In this document: positions 27,764 to 35,509 of the stretch, piece after piece | Position numbering within the stretch: position 1 is the stretch's first letter | How the letters are laid out: each line of letters begins with the position of its first letter | From: a virus | Length of the DNA: 50,270 bases | Reading direction: 5' to 3' (one strand) | IMG/VR virus record: IMGVR_UViG_3300035130_000222 | Location: 1-50,270 of that record | Program-made: the position numbers and the translations under genes | The notes under the pieces: model-generated | What the model saw: only the letters and a program-made list of their open reading frames with translations | Database searches by the model: none | Told to the model about the DNA's origin: nothing

Positions 27764-27979
27764 TCAAGATATTTTTGCTTTTTTATTTTTATTGTTTTTA
27801 TTATTATAACTATTATTATCGCAAATATCTGCAATATAATATTTTAAAATAGGCATATCGCTAGGTGCATCTATACCAATTCTAATTTTATTTTTCGATA
27901 ATTCTAATAATGTTATTTTTATTTCACCATGTTTACCAATTAAAAAAACTTCTTTGGCTTTTTGTGTTTTAATTAGCAT
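27764..27979 (-). CDS. Divergent CsrA-like protein
   Basis: MLIKTQKAKEVFLIGKHGEIKITLLELSKNKIRIGIDAPSDMPILKYYI follows the CsrA beta-strand pattern, but the conserved HREEI is replaced by LKYYI. Confidence 0.65.
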   Translation of the reverse strand: MLIKTQKAKEVFLIGKHGEIKITLLELSKNKIRIGIDAPSDMPILKYYIADICDNNSYNNKNNKNKKAKIS

Positions 27980-27994
27980 TCCTTTGCTCCTTAA

Positions 27995-29224
27995 TTATAT
28001 TTCGCTTAATAAAATAATATTATCTTGTTTTTTATCAAATTTATTATTATCAACTTGTGCTGTAATTATTTGAAATCCTGCTTGTAATAAATCATTTATA
28101 AGTTTTGTTTGATGTTGCTCATCTAATAATTCAAAATCATCGATAAATCTTACTTTTAAATCTGGGTTTTTTGCAACATATAAATTTGCAACAATTAACT
28201 CAAGCTCACCTTTGCTAAAATGAGGCTCTTTGATCGGTCGATTTTTTAATAACAATTGTCCTTTATCATCAATAGATAAATCATTGAAACCAAGATTAAA
28301 TGATTGTATATAGTCAAGACGCTCTTGTTGTATTTTATTTTGTTGATCTTTATTTTCATACAAAGATTTTTCAAGTTCGATTTTTTTTGTTTGTTTTTCA
28401 TTAAAACGTTCATATTCCAATGCTTTATAATTAATTTCTTCTGAATTTTTAATTTTTTCATCAATAGCTTTTGCTTCTATAATTATATCATTAACTTCAT
28501 CATTGAGCGTTCTTAAATCAGGAAATTCTTTAATTTTATTATTAATTTCTTTTAATTCATTTTCTAATGCTCGTTTTTTTGCAAAAGTATTTTCAATTTC
28601 TTTTAAAAATTTATCTTTTCCTAAATATATGTTTCTTAAATTATTTTTCTTTTCAATTAATTCTGAAATAGATATTTTTTCAACTTTTTCTACATATTTT
28701 ATTTCACCTAAATTTTTTAAATCACGATTAATTAAAGTATATTCATTCTTTAAATTTTCTATTTTATTATCGAATTTTTCTGTATTAATACCTAATAAAA
28801 GTGCTTGTTGTTTACTATCTAGTTGAGTAAAGTTTTTTGTACTTAAAAAAGCAACTGATAATAAATTATTAAGCCAATCATTACTTAATTCATAATCATC
28901 AGGCGCTTGAAATGTGATTTTATTTGAGGCATCTGAAATTTTATTTTTAACAATAATTTCAGCATTTTTTTCTGTATCTAAAAGTGTTAATTCAATATCA
29001 GCACTTTTGGCACCATTTGCAATAAATCTGAATCGTTCACCGATTAGATTATCGTTTTTTGATTTTTCAGCAATTCCTTTGAGACATGCCCAAATTGCTG
29101 TCAATCCTACTGTTGTTTTTCCGGAGCCATTCATTCCGACAAGATGTGTAATATTGTTATTAAATTCACATGTAAAATCTGTGAATTTTGCGAAATTTTT
29201 AAGTTTTAGATTTTTGATCTTCAT
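27995..29224 (-). CDS. SMC/Rad50/RecF-like ATPase with a central coiled coil
   Basis: N-terminal LKLKNFAKF ... LVGMNGSGKTT (Walker A), a long Lys/Glu-rich coiled-coil middle, and C-terminal VRFIDDFELLDEQH (Walker B-like). Confidence 0.75.
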   Translation of the reverse strand: MKIKNLKLKNFAKFTDFTCEFNNNITHLVGMNGSGKTTVGLTAIWACLKGIAEKSKNDNLIGERFRFIANGAKSADIELTLLDTEKNAEIIVKNKISDASNKITFQAPDDYELSNDWLNNLLSVAFLSTKNFTQLDSKQQALLLGINTEKFDNKIENLKNEYTLINRDLKNLGEIKYVEKVEKISISELIEKKNNLRNIYLGKDKFLKEIENTFAKKRALENELKEINNKIKEFPDLRTLNDEVNDIIIEAKAIDEKIKNSEEINYKALEYERFNEKQTKKIELEKSLYENKDQQNKIQQERLDYIQSFNLGFNDLSIDDKGQLLLKNRPIKEPHFSKGELELIVANLYVAKNPDLKVRFIDDFELLDEQHQTKLINDLLQAGFQIITAQVDNNKFDKKQDNIILLSEI

Positions 29225-29600
29225 TTGTGATTAACTCCTTTATTTCTAAAATTTTGTCAACAAAAAATTGCATTAAATATGCAATCCATTCTTGCGTATT
29301 TATATTTAACTCAAGCTCATAATCATCAATTATAAACATTAACAGATGAATGCATTCATGCACAATAATCGACATTTTTACATTAGTGTCAAAAAACACA
29401 TAATATTCACGATTATGCGCAAAACAAAAAGCTTCTGTATCTAATAAATTTATTTTTTCTTTTGAAAGAAATTCATATGTTGATGTTGCAAATTCTTTCC
29501 ATGTATCGCAAAAATAAACATTTATCCTGCATCCGTACATCTCAACTTTAAATGTTTTTTTATAGTTAAATGTACATTCATATTTATCTATTTTATTCAT
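29199..29600 (-). CDS. Putative HExxH zinc-metallopeptidase-like protein, paralogue of 39028-39465
   Basis: HECIH motif followed by QEWIAYL. The same architecture occurs in the second copy (HESIH ... QEPFAYL). Confidence 0.5.
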   Translation of the reverse strand: MNKIDKYECTFNYKKTFKVEMYGCRINVYFCDTWKEFATSTYEFLSKEKINLLDTEAFCFAHNREYYVFFDTNVKMSIIVHECIHLLMFIIDDYELELNINTQEWIAYLMQFFVDKILEIKELITNEDQKSKT

Positions 29601-29625
29601 TTTTATAATCTTATTAAAATAATTA

Positions 29626-29835
29626 TTAGAAATGATCTGGCATTATAACTAATAATACAGCAATTACTATAACTAAAAACAAAATCAAGAATAAAAATGC
29701 ACCCCAAATTGGTGCAAAAATCCACAACCATCCCCAGTTTATTACATGAGTTAATTTTAATGTTAAAAACAAAAAAAATAATAACGTAACAAACTTTGAA
29801 ATTCGTAATGTACTTATTTTTACATCAATTTTCAT
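29626..29835 (-). CDS. Small two-TM membrane protein
   Basis: Two hydrophobic helices (FVTLLFFLFLTL and FLFLILFLVIVIAVLLVI). Confidence 0.55.
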   Translation of the reverse strand: MKIDVKISTLRISKFVTLLFFLFLTLKLTHVINWGWLWIFAPIWGAFLFLILFLVIVIAVLLVIMPDHF

Positions 29836-29871
29836 AATTCATATTCTCATTATTTAGCAAATTTAAAAAAG

Positions 29872-30336
29872 TTAAATTTTGAAGCTAAAGCTTCTTTCTT
29901 TATTATCCGCATCAATATGTTCTTGTATATCCCTGTCATAAGCATGCGGATCTACTTTTAATTGTATAGCATCGTTAATATCATCACTGATTTGCAACAT
30001 ATATTTATCAATTAAAGATTCAACAAATCTAGCTTTAAAAAATGCATGTAAATTTGTCGAAGTTGGTTTTAATATATTTTTTATCTCATCAGCAGAAAAT
30101 ATAAATATAATCTCTTCAGCAGATATTAAATATTTATCATTATAATCAATATGCTCTAATATTAGAGCTAACTTTTCATCATCATCTAAATCATGCCATC
30201 TTTTTTTTGCTAAAGCATAATCATCAATTAATTGTCTATATAGATTATATTTTTTTTGTTTATTAAATAATTTATCAGATATCTCTTTATTTGTTGCTTT
30301 ATCGTTTAAAGCGTTAATTACACTAATATGTACCAC
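29872..30336 (-). CDS. Hypothetical protein, GTG start
   Basis: Strong SD AAGGAGG upstream of the GTG. Operon context. Confidence 0.55.
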   Translation of the reverse strand: MVHISVINALNDKATNKEISDKLFNKQKKYNLYRQLIDDYALAKKRWHDLDDDEKLALILEHIDYNDKYLISAEEIIFIFSADEIKNILKPTSTNLHAFFKARFVESLIDKYMLQISDDINDAIQLKVDPHAYDRDIQEHIDADNKERSFSFKI

Positions 30337-30471
30337 GTTATACCTCCTTATACTTTATTCATATACATAATAAAACCGTCAAATTTTGATACTAACAAAA
30401 TTAAATTTTTGTTATGTTGATTATTGTTATAATCAGCTCAAAACTCGACGGTAAAACAATACTAATACAGT

Positions 30472-30765
30472 TTACTGTTTTTTGTCAAGAGATTTTTTAT
30501 AATTTTCTGATATTTTTTTTATTGACGGACAGATATTTAAAGCAATAATTTGATAATTAAAGATTTTCTCGACGATTTGTGAAACATTGATTGGCAACAA
30601 ATCATCATTTTTTTTTATATCTTTATAACGCCAGAACTGAATATTTGATGCGTTGCAATGAATATACTTGCTTATTAATTGTGCTAATTTTTTTGCAGTC
30701 CCTGCAAGTTTAATCGCTTTCAATAATTCAGCATGTTGTTTTAATTGCTTAAATTGTTTTTTCAT
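30472..30765 (-). CDS. Cro / YdaS-like helix-turn-helix regulator, first gene of the leftward operon
   Basis: GTAKKLAQLISKYIHCNASNIQFWRY ... LPINVSQIVEKIFNYQI ... CPSI fits the YdaS/Cro-type pattern. Lies next to a divergent promoter region with palindromes. Confidence 0.6.
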   Translation of the reverse strand: MKKQFKQLKQHAELLKAIKLAGTAKKLAQLISKYIHCNASNIQFWRYKDIKKNDDLLPINVSQIVEKIFNYQIIALNICPSIKKISENYKKSLDKKQ

Positions 30766-30788
30766 ATCATTTACCTGCTACGAATTAA

Positions 30789-30819
30789 ATGTACATTATT
30801 TGATTAACAAAATGTACAT
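30789..30819. promoter_or_regulatory. Two ATGTACAT palindromic operator candidates (30789-30796 and 30812-30819) in the divergent early control region
   Basis: Read directly, with 23 bp centre-to-centre spacing. A TATAAT lies at about 30893 for the rightward operon. Confidence 0.55.
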
Positions 30820-30944
30820 TGTATTACAAAAATAATTATTATTGTTAGACGCAAAAATAAAAAATTTTTTTGTAAGAAAAATCTTATATTGCGAGTATAA
30901 TACAGTATACTGCTTTAATATTTTTTTTTCAACAAAAAATAAGG

Positions 30945-31946
30945 ATGACAAATATGGCTAAAAAAAGATCAATAAAACCAGAATTTTGGGCGTCTGAACA
31001 AGTGATGAATTGTTCAAAAAATGCACGTTTATTATTCATTGGATTATGGAATTTTTGTGACGATAATGGAATACATCAGTACTCGTTTAGATGCATTAAA
31101 GCAAAAATTTTTCCAGCTGATTCTGATACTGAATCAGAAATTGAACAATTGCTGAATGAGCTTGAAAAAAACAATTTGATCAAAATATATACTGTTAATG
31201 ATAAAAAATATTTAAAAATTTCTGGCTGGCATCATCAAAGTATAGCACGTCCATTTTATAAATTTCCAGATGAAGACGGGAATAAGCCATTGAATAAATG
31301 GGAAAAAATCGAAAATATTCATGAGCAGTGCTCAAGCAGTGCACAAGCAGTGCCTGAGCAGTGCTCAAGCAGTGCACAAGCAGCGCCTGAGCAGTGCTCA
31401 AGCAGTGCACAAGCAGCGCCTGAGCAGTGCTCAAGCAGTGCACAAGCAGTGCCTGAGCAGTGCTCAAGCAGTGCACAAGCAGTGCCAAAGCACTGCGGTA
31501 ATGGTTATGGTTATAATACAGATCTAAGTTTTAAACATAACTCAAATGTAAATAATCAAGATAAAAATTTTAAAGAGAGTAAAAACGCGCGTGTACGCGC
31601 TTCTTTTACTGTTTTAAAAAACAACAGCGAATTTATTGCAAAATTTGATAAATTTTATGCTGTGTATCCTTTGCACAAATCAAAAGAGGGAGCGCTAAAA
31701 GCATTTGCTCAAATAAATCCTGACAATGATCTACTCGATAAAATTTTAATTGGAGTAGAAAATTATAAACAAGAAATTATTTTTATGAATATTGATAAAA
31801 AATATATTAAACATCCGTCGACATGGCTAAATCAAAAATGCTGGCTTGATGAAATTGATTTAACGCAACAACAATCACAACAAAAAAAATTAACTAATCA
31901 ACAACAGTTTGTTGCTAATTTAAAAAAAATAGCAGGAGAAAATTAA
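30945..31946 (+). CDS. Replication initiator / replisome organiser (lambda O-like role), containing tandem repeats
   Basis: N-terminal IKPEFWASEQVMNCSKNARLLFIGLWNFCDDNG and C-terminal FYAVYPLHKSKEGALKAF ... HPSTWLNQKCWLDE are patterns seen in phage replication-initiation proteins. An alternative start at 30954 has better SD spacing. Confidence 0.65.
   Translation: MTNMAKKRSIKPEFWASEQVMNCSKNARLLFIGLWNFCDDNGIHQYSFRCIKAKIFPADSDTESEIEQLLNELEKNNLIKIYTVNDKKYLKISGWHHQSIARPFYKFPDEDGNKPLNKWEKIENIHEQCSSSAQAVPEQCSSSAQAAPEQCSSSAQAAPEQCSSSAQAVPEQCSSSAQAVPKHCGNGYGYNTDLSFKHNSNVNNQDKNFKESKNARVRASFTVLKNNSEFIAKFDKFYAVYPLHKSKEGALKAFAQINPDNDLLDKILIGVENYKQEIIFMNIDKKYIKHPSTWLNQKCWLDEIDLTQQQSQQKKLTNQQQFVANLKKIAGEN
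31323..31487. repeat. Five tandem 33-bp repeats, i.e. 15 copies of AGCAGTGC at 11-bp phasing. Candidate origin iterons inside the initiator gene
   Basis: Read directly. GC-rich relative to its surroundings. Encodes EQCSSSAQA(V/A)P x5. Confidence 0.85.
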
Positions 31947-31949
31947 TTA

Positions 31950-32429
31950 ATGGAAAATTTAAAAAAACGTACATTAAAAATATTTGCAACGTTAACAGCA
32001 ATTTACGGAAGTGCATGGTGCAATCAATTTAGCGACGAAAGTATTTTAAATTTAGCAATAAAAATTTGGACTAGTGAATTAAAAAAATTTAACGACAACG
32101 AAATTAAATTTGCAATTAAAAAATGCATGCAACATGATTATCCACCAACTCTTCCAGTTTTTGCTAAAATGTGCAGCATCGAAAAATCAGATTTAAACTT
32201 AACAACTGCAGAAATATCATTTTTGACGCATGACAAAACGTATGCAGAAATTGTAAAAAAAATTGACAAGTGGAACTTTGTGCGTTTATCAGCAGATGCT
32301 GCGTTAAAAATCTACAAAATTTTATATCGCGATCACATTGATAAAAAAATAAACAAAATAAACGAAAATTTTACAGAAAAAATTGAATTTATTAAACAGC
32401 GCATATCTGATCAAAAAATGATTTTGTAA
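31950..32429 (+). CDS. Lambda P-like replication protein (helicase-loader candidate)
   Basis: The pattern IFATLTAIYGSAW ... IKIWTSELKKFNDNEIKFAIKKCMQHDYPPTLPVFAKMC parallels the lambda P N-terminal region (QLLATFPASL ... RRQWVLAF ... RPFLPSPGQFVAWC). Follows the O-like gene. Confidence 0.5.
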   Translation: MENLKKRTLKIFATLTAIYGSAWCNQFSDESILNLAIKIWTSELKKFNDNEIKFAIKKCMQHDYPPTLPVFAKMCSIEKSDLNLTTAEISFLTHDKTYAEIVKKIDKWNFVRLSADAALKIYKILYRDHIDKKINKINENFTEKIEFIKQRISDQKMIL

Positions 32430-32716
32430 AATAACGCGCTAAATTTTTGCATAATCAAACGATAATTAATTTATGCTACATAGCTATTACTATAAGCAAA
32501 AAAACACGATACACGCAATATTTAGCAGAAATTTGCTAATAATTTATATGCATTGACGCTTGTTTTTTAAATTTGTTTTAAAAATGCGATTTTAAGCAAC
32601 AATTTTGTTAAAAAAATAAACAATTTTATGGTGAAAAGTTGTGCGTAATTTTTTCTCACAATTTTTTTGCGCAATAAATATACATATGTTTAATTAAAAA
32701 AATTTAAAGAAAAATC

Positions 32717-32795
32717 TTGACAATATCAGTTAAGTTGATACAATGTAATTAAGCTCATAAATAATTATGAGCTGATTAAAAAAGGAGTACAAATC
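32717..32795 (+). promoter_or_regulatory. Early promoter cassette 1: TTGACA - 16 nt - TGaTACAAT, then a 22-bp palindrome AGCTCATAA-ATAA-TTATGAGCT at about +1, then SD AAGGAG
   Basis: Read directly. The same cassette recurs at 37207-37285 and, without the -35, at 38791-38861. Confidence 0.7.
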
Positions 32796-32975
32796 ATGAA
32801 AAAACTAACACAAGCAGAAATCGATGCGAAGTTAAAAAACGATGATAAAGATTGGCGAAAGTTGGATTTAAGTGGTGCTGATTTAAGTGGCGCTGATTTA
32901 AGAGAGGCTGATTTAAGAGAGGCTGATTTGTGGAATGCTGATTTAAGTGGTGTTAAAAAAGGAGATAACGCATGA
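32796..32975 (+). CDS. Pentapeptide-repeat protein 1 (59 aa; leader plus about 5 repeats plus tail). Not in the supplied ORF track
   Basis: The ATG follows the cassette SD. Translation: [63 protein letters not shown] overlap with the next gene. Confidence 0.75.
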   Translation: MKKLTQAEIDAKLKNDDKDWRKLDLSGADLSGADLREADLREADLWNADLSGVKKGDNA

Positions 32976-34051
32976 AAAAACTAACACAAGCAGAAATCGA
33001 TGCGAAGTTAAAAAACGATGATAAAGATTGGCGAAAGTTGGATTTAAGTGGTGCTGATTTAAAGGGAGCTGATTTAAAGGGAGCTGATTTAAGTGGCGCT
33101 AATTTAACTGGAATTGATTTAAGTGGCGCTAATTTAGTGTGCGCTAATTTAAGGGGAACTAATCTAAGAGAAGCTAATTTAAGAGAAGCTAATTTAAGAG
33201 GAGCTAATTTAATGCGCGCTGATTTAAGTGGCGCTGATTTAAGTGGCGCTGATTTAAGTGGCGCTAATTTAGTGTGCGCTAATTTAAGGGGGACTAATCT
33301 AAGAGAAGCTAATTTAAGAGGAGCTAATTTAATGCGCGCTGATTTAAGTGGCGCTGATTTAAGTGGCGCTGATTTAAGTGGAACTGATTTAAGAGAGGCT
33401 GATTTAAAGGAAGCTGATTTAAGTGGAACTGATTTAAGAGAGGCTGATTTAAAGGGGGCTGATTTAGAAGGCGCTGATTTAAGTAATGCTGATTTAAAGT
33501 GCGCTGATTTAAGTAATGCTGATTTAAAGTGCGCTGATTTAAGTAATGCTGATTTAAATGAAGCTGATTTAATGCGCGCTAATTTAAGCTGTGCTTATTT
33601 AAAGGGAGCTGATTTAAGTGGAACTGATTTAAGAGAGGCTGATTTAAGAGAGGCTGATTTAAGAGATGCTGATTTAAGAGATGCTTATTTAAGATGGGCT
33701 AATTTAAGTTGTGCTGATTTAAGTGGCGCTAATTTAAGTGGCGCTGATTTAAGAGATGCTGATTTAAGTGGCGCTGATTTAAAAGAGGCTAATTTATTTG
33801 GCGCTGATTTAAGGGAGGCTAATCTAAGAGAAGCTAATTTAAGTGAAGCTGATTTAAGGGGCGCTGAGTTAAGTTGGGCTAATTTAAGGGGCGCTGAGTT
33901 AAGTTGGGCTAATTTAAGGGGCGCTGTTTTAAGAAAGGCTTTTTTAAAAGGGGCTAATTTAAGTTGCGCTGATTTAAGAGAGGCTGATTTAAGAGATGCT
34001 GATTTGTGGAATGCTGATTTAAGTGGTGTTAAAAAAGGAGATAACGCATGA
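32972..34051 (+). CDS. Pentapeptide-repeat protein 2 (359 aa)
   Basis: Continuous A(D/N)L(S/R/K)x pentapeptides. Shared leader and tail. ATGA overlaps on both sides. Confidence 0.85.
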   Translation: MKKLTQAEIDAKLKNDDKDWRKLDLSGADLKGADLKGADLSGANLTGIDLSGANLVCANLRGTNLREANLREANLRGANLMRADLSGADLSGADLSGANLVCANLRGTNLREANLRGANLMRADLSGADLSGADLSGTDLREADLKEADLSGTDLREADLKGADLEGADLSNADLKCADLSNADLKCADLSNADLNEADLMRANLSCAYLKGADLSGTDLREADLREADLRDADLRDAYLRWANLSCADLSGANLSGADLRDADLSGADLKEANLFGADLREANLREANLSEADLRGAELSWANLRGAELSWANLRGAVLRKAFLKGANLSCADLREADLRDADLWNADLSGVKKGDNA

Positions 34052-34482
34052 AAAAACTAACACAAGCAGAAATCGACGAAAAATTAAAAAACGATGATAA
34101 AGATTGGCGAAAGTTGGATTTAAGTGGTGCTGATTTAAGATGTGCTAATTTAAGTTGCGCTGATTTAAGATGTGCTGATTTAAGAGGAGCTAATTTAATG
34201 CGCGCTGATTTAAGTTGCGCTAATTTATTTGGCGCTGATTTAAGGGAGGCTAATCTAAGAGAAGCTAATTTAAGTGAAGCTGATTTAAGGGGCGCTGAGT
34301 TAAGTTGGGCTAATTTAAGGGGCGCTGAGTTAAGTTGGGCTAATTTAAGGGGCGCTGTTTTAAGAAAGGCTTTTTTAAAAGGGGCTAATTTAAGTTGCGC
34401 TGATTTAAGAGAGGCTGATTTAAGAGATGCTGATTTGTGGAATGCTGATTTAAGTGGTGTTAAAAAAGGAGATAACGCATGA
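34048..34482 (+). CDS. Pentapeptide-repeat protein 3 (144 aa)
   Basis: As above. The C-terminal 83 aa are identical to the end of protein 2. Confidence 0.85.
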   Translation: MKKLTQAEIDEKLKNDDKDWRKLDLSGADLRCANLSCADLRCADLRGANLMRADLSCANLFGADLREANLREANLSEADLRGAELSWANLRGAELSWANLRGAVLRKAFLKGANLSCADLREADLRDADLWNADLSGVKKGDNA

Positions 34483-34928
34483 AAAAACTAACACAAGCAG
34501 AAATCGACGAAAAATTAAAAAACGATGATAAAGATTGGCGAAAGTTGGATTTAAGTGGTGCTGATTTAAGATGTGCTAATTTAAGTTGCGCTGATTTAAG
34601 TGGTGCTGATTTAAGTGGTGCTGATTTAAGAGATGCTGATTTAAGAGATGCTGATTTAAATGGGGCTGATTTAGAAGGCGCTGATTTAAGGCGCGCTAAT
34701 TTAAGAGATGCTGATTTAAGAGAGGCTGATTTAAAGGGCACTGATTTAAAGAGCGCTAATTTAAGGGGGACTAATCTAAGAGAAGCTAATTTAAGTTGCG
34801 CTGATTTAAGAGAGGCTGATTTAAGCGGAGCTGATTTAAGAGAGGCTAATTTAAGCGGAGCTGATTTAAGAGAGGCTGATTTGTGGAATGCTGATTTAAG
34901 TGGTGTTAAAAAAGGAGATAACGCATGA
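34479..34928 (+). CDS. Pentapeptide-repeat protein 4 (149 aa)
   Basis: As above. Confidence 0.85.
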   Translation: MKKLTQAEIDEKLKNDDKDWRKLDLSGADLRCANLSCADLSGADLSGADLRDADLRDADLNGADLEGADLRRANLRDADLREADLKGTDLKSANLRGTNLREANLSCADLREADLSGADLREANLSGADLREADLWNADLSGVKKGDNA

Positions 34929-35509
34929 AAAAACTAACACAAGCAGAAATCGATGCGAAGCTAAAAAACAATGATAAAAACTGGCAAAAGTTGGATTTAA
35001 GTGGTGCTGATTTAAGAGGAGCTAATTTAATGCGCGCTGATTTAAGTGGCGCTAATTTAAGTGGCGCTGATTTAAGAGATGCTGATTTAAGAAAGGCTTA
35101 TTTAAGATGGGCTGATTTAAGCGGAGCTGATTTAAGCGGAGCTGATTTAAGAGATGCTGATTTAAGGCGCGCTGATTTAAGAGAGGCTGATTTAAAGGGC
35201 GCTGATTTAAAGGGCGCTGATTTAAGGAGCGCTGATTTAAAGTGCGCTAATTTAAGAGATGCTGATTTAAAGGGCACTGATTTAAGTGGCGCTAATTTAA
35301 GAGATGCTGATTTGAGAGAGGCTGATTTATATGGCGCTTATTTAAGATGGGCTAATTTAAGTTGCACTGATTTAAATGGCGCTGATTTAAGGAGCGCTGA
35401 TTTAAGAGATGCTTATTTAAAGGGCGCTGATTTAAGAGAGGCTGATTTAAGAGAGGCTGATTTGTGGAATGCTGATTTAAGTGGTGTTAAAAAAGGAGAT
35501 AACGCATGA
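34925..35509 (+). CDS. Pentapeptide-repeat protein 5 (194 aa)
   Basis: As above. The leader variant is NNDKNWQKLD. Confidence 0.85.
   Translation: MKKLTQAEIDAKLKNNDKNWQKLDLSGADLRGANLMRADLSGANLSGADLRDADLRKAYLRWADLSGADLSGADLRDADLRRADLREADLKGADLKGADLRSADLKCANLRDADLKGTDLSGANLRDADLREADLYGAYLRWANLSCTDLNGADLRSADLRDAYLKGADLREADLREADLWNADLSGVKKGDNA

Noticed and set aside
31195-31527. ORFs 31195-31488 (-) and 31321-31527 (+) with repetitive products (ALLVHCLSTAQ / SSAQAVHKQ).
   Set aside because: They exist only because the 33-bp tandem repeats are open in several frames. They lie wholly inside the replication initiator gene.
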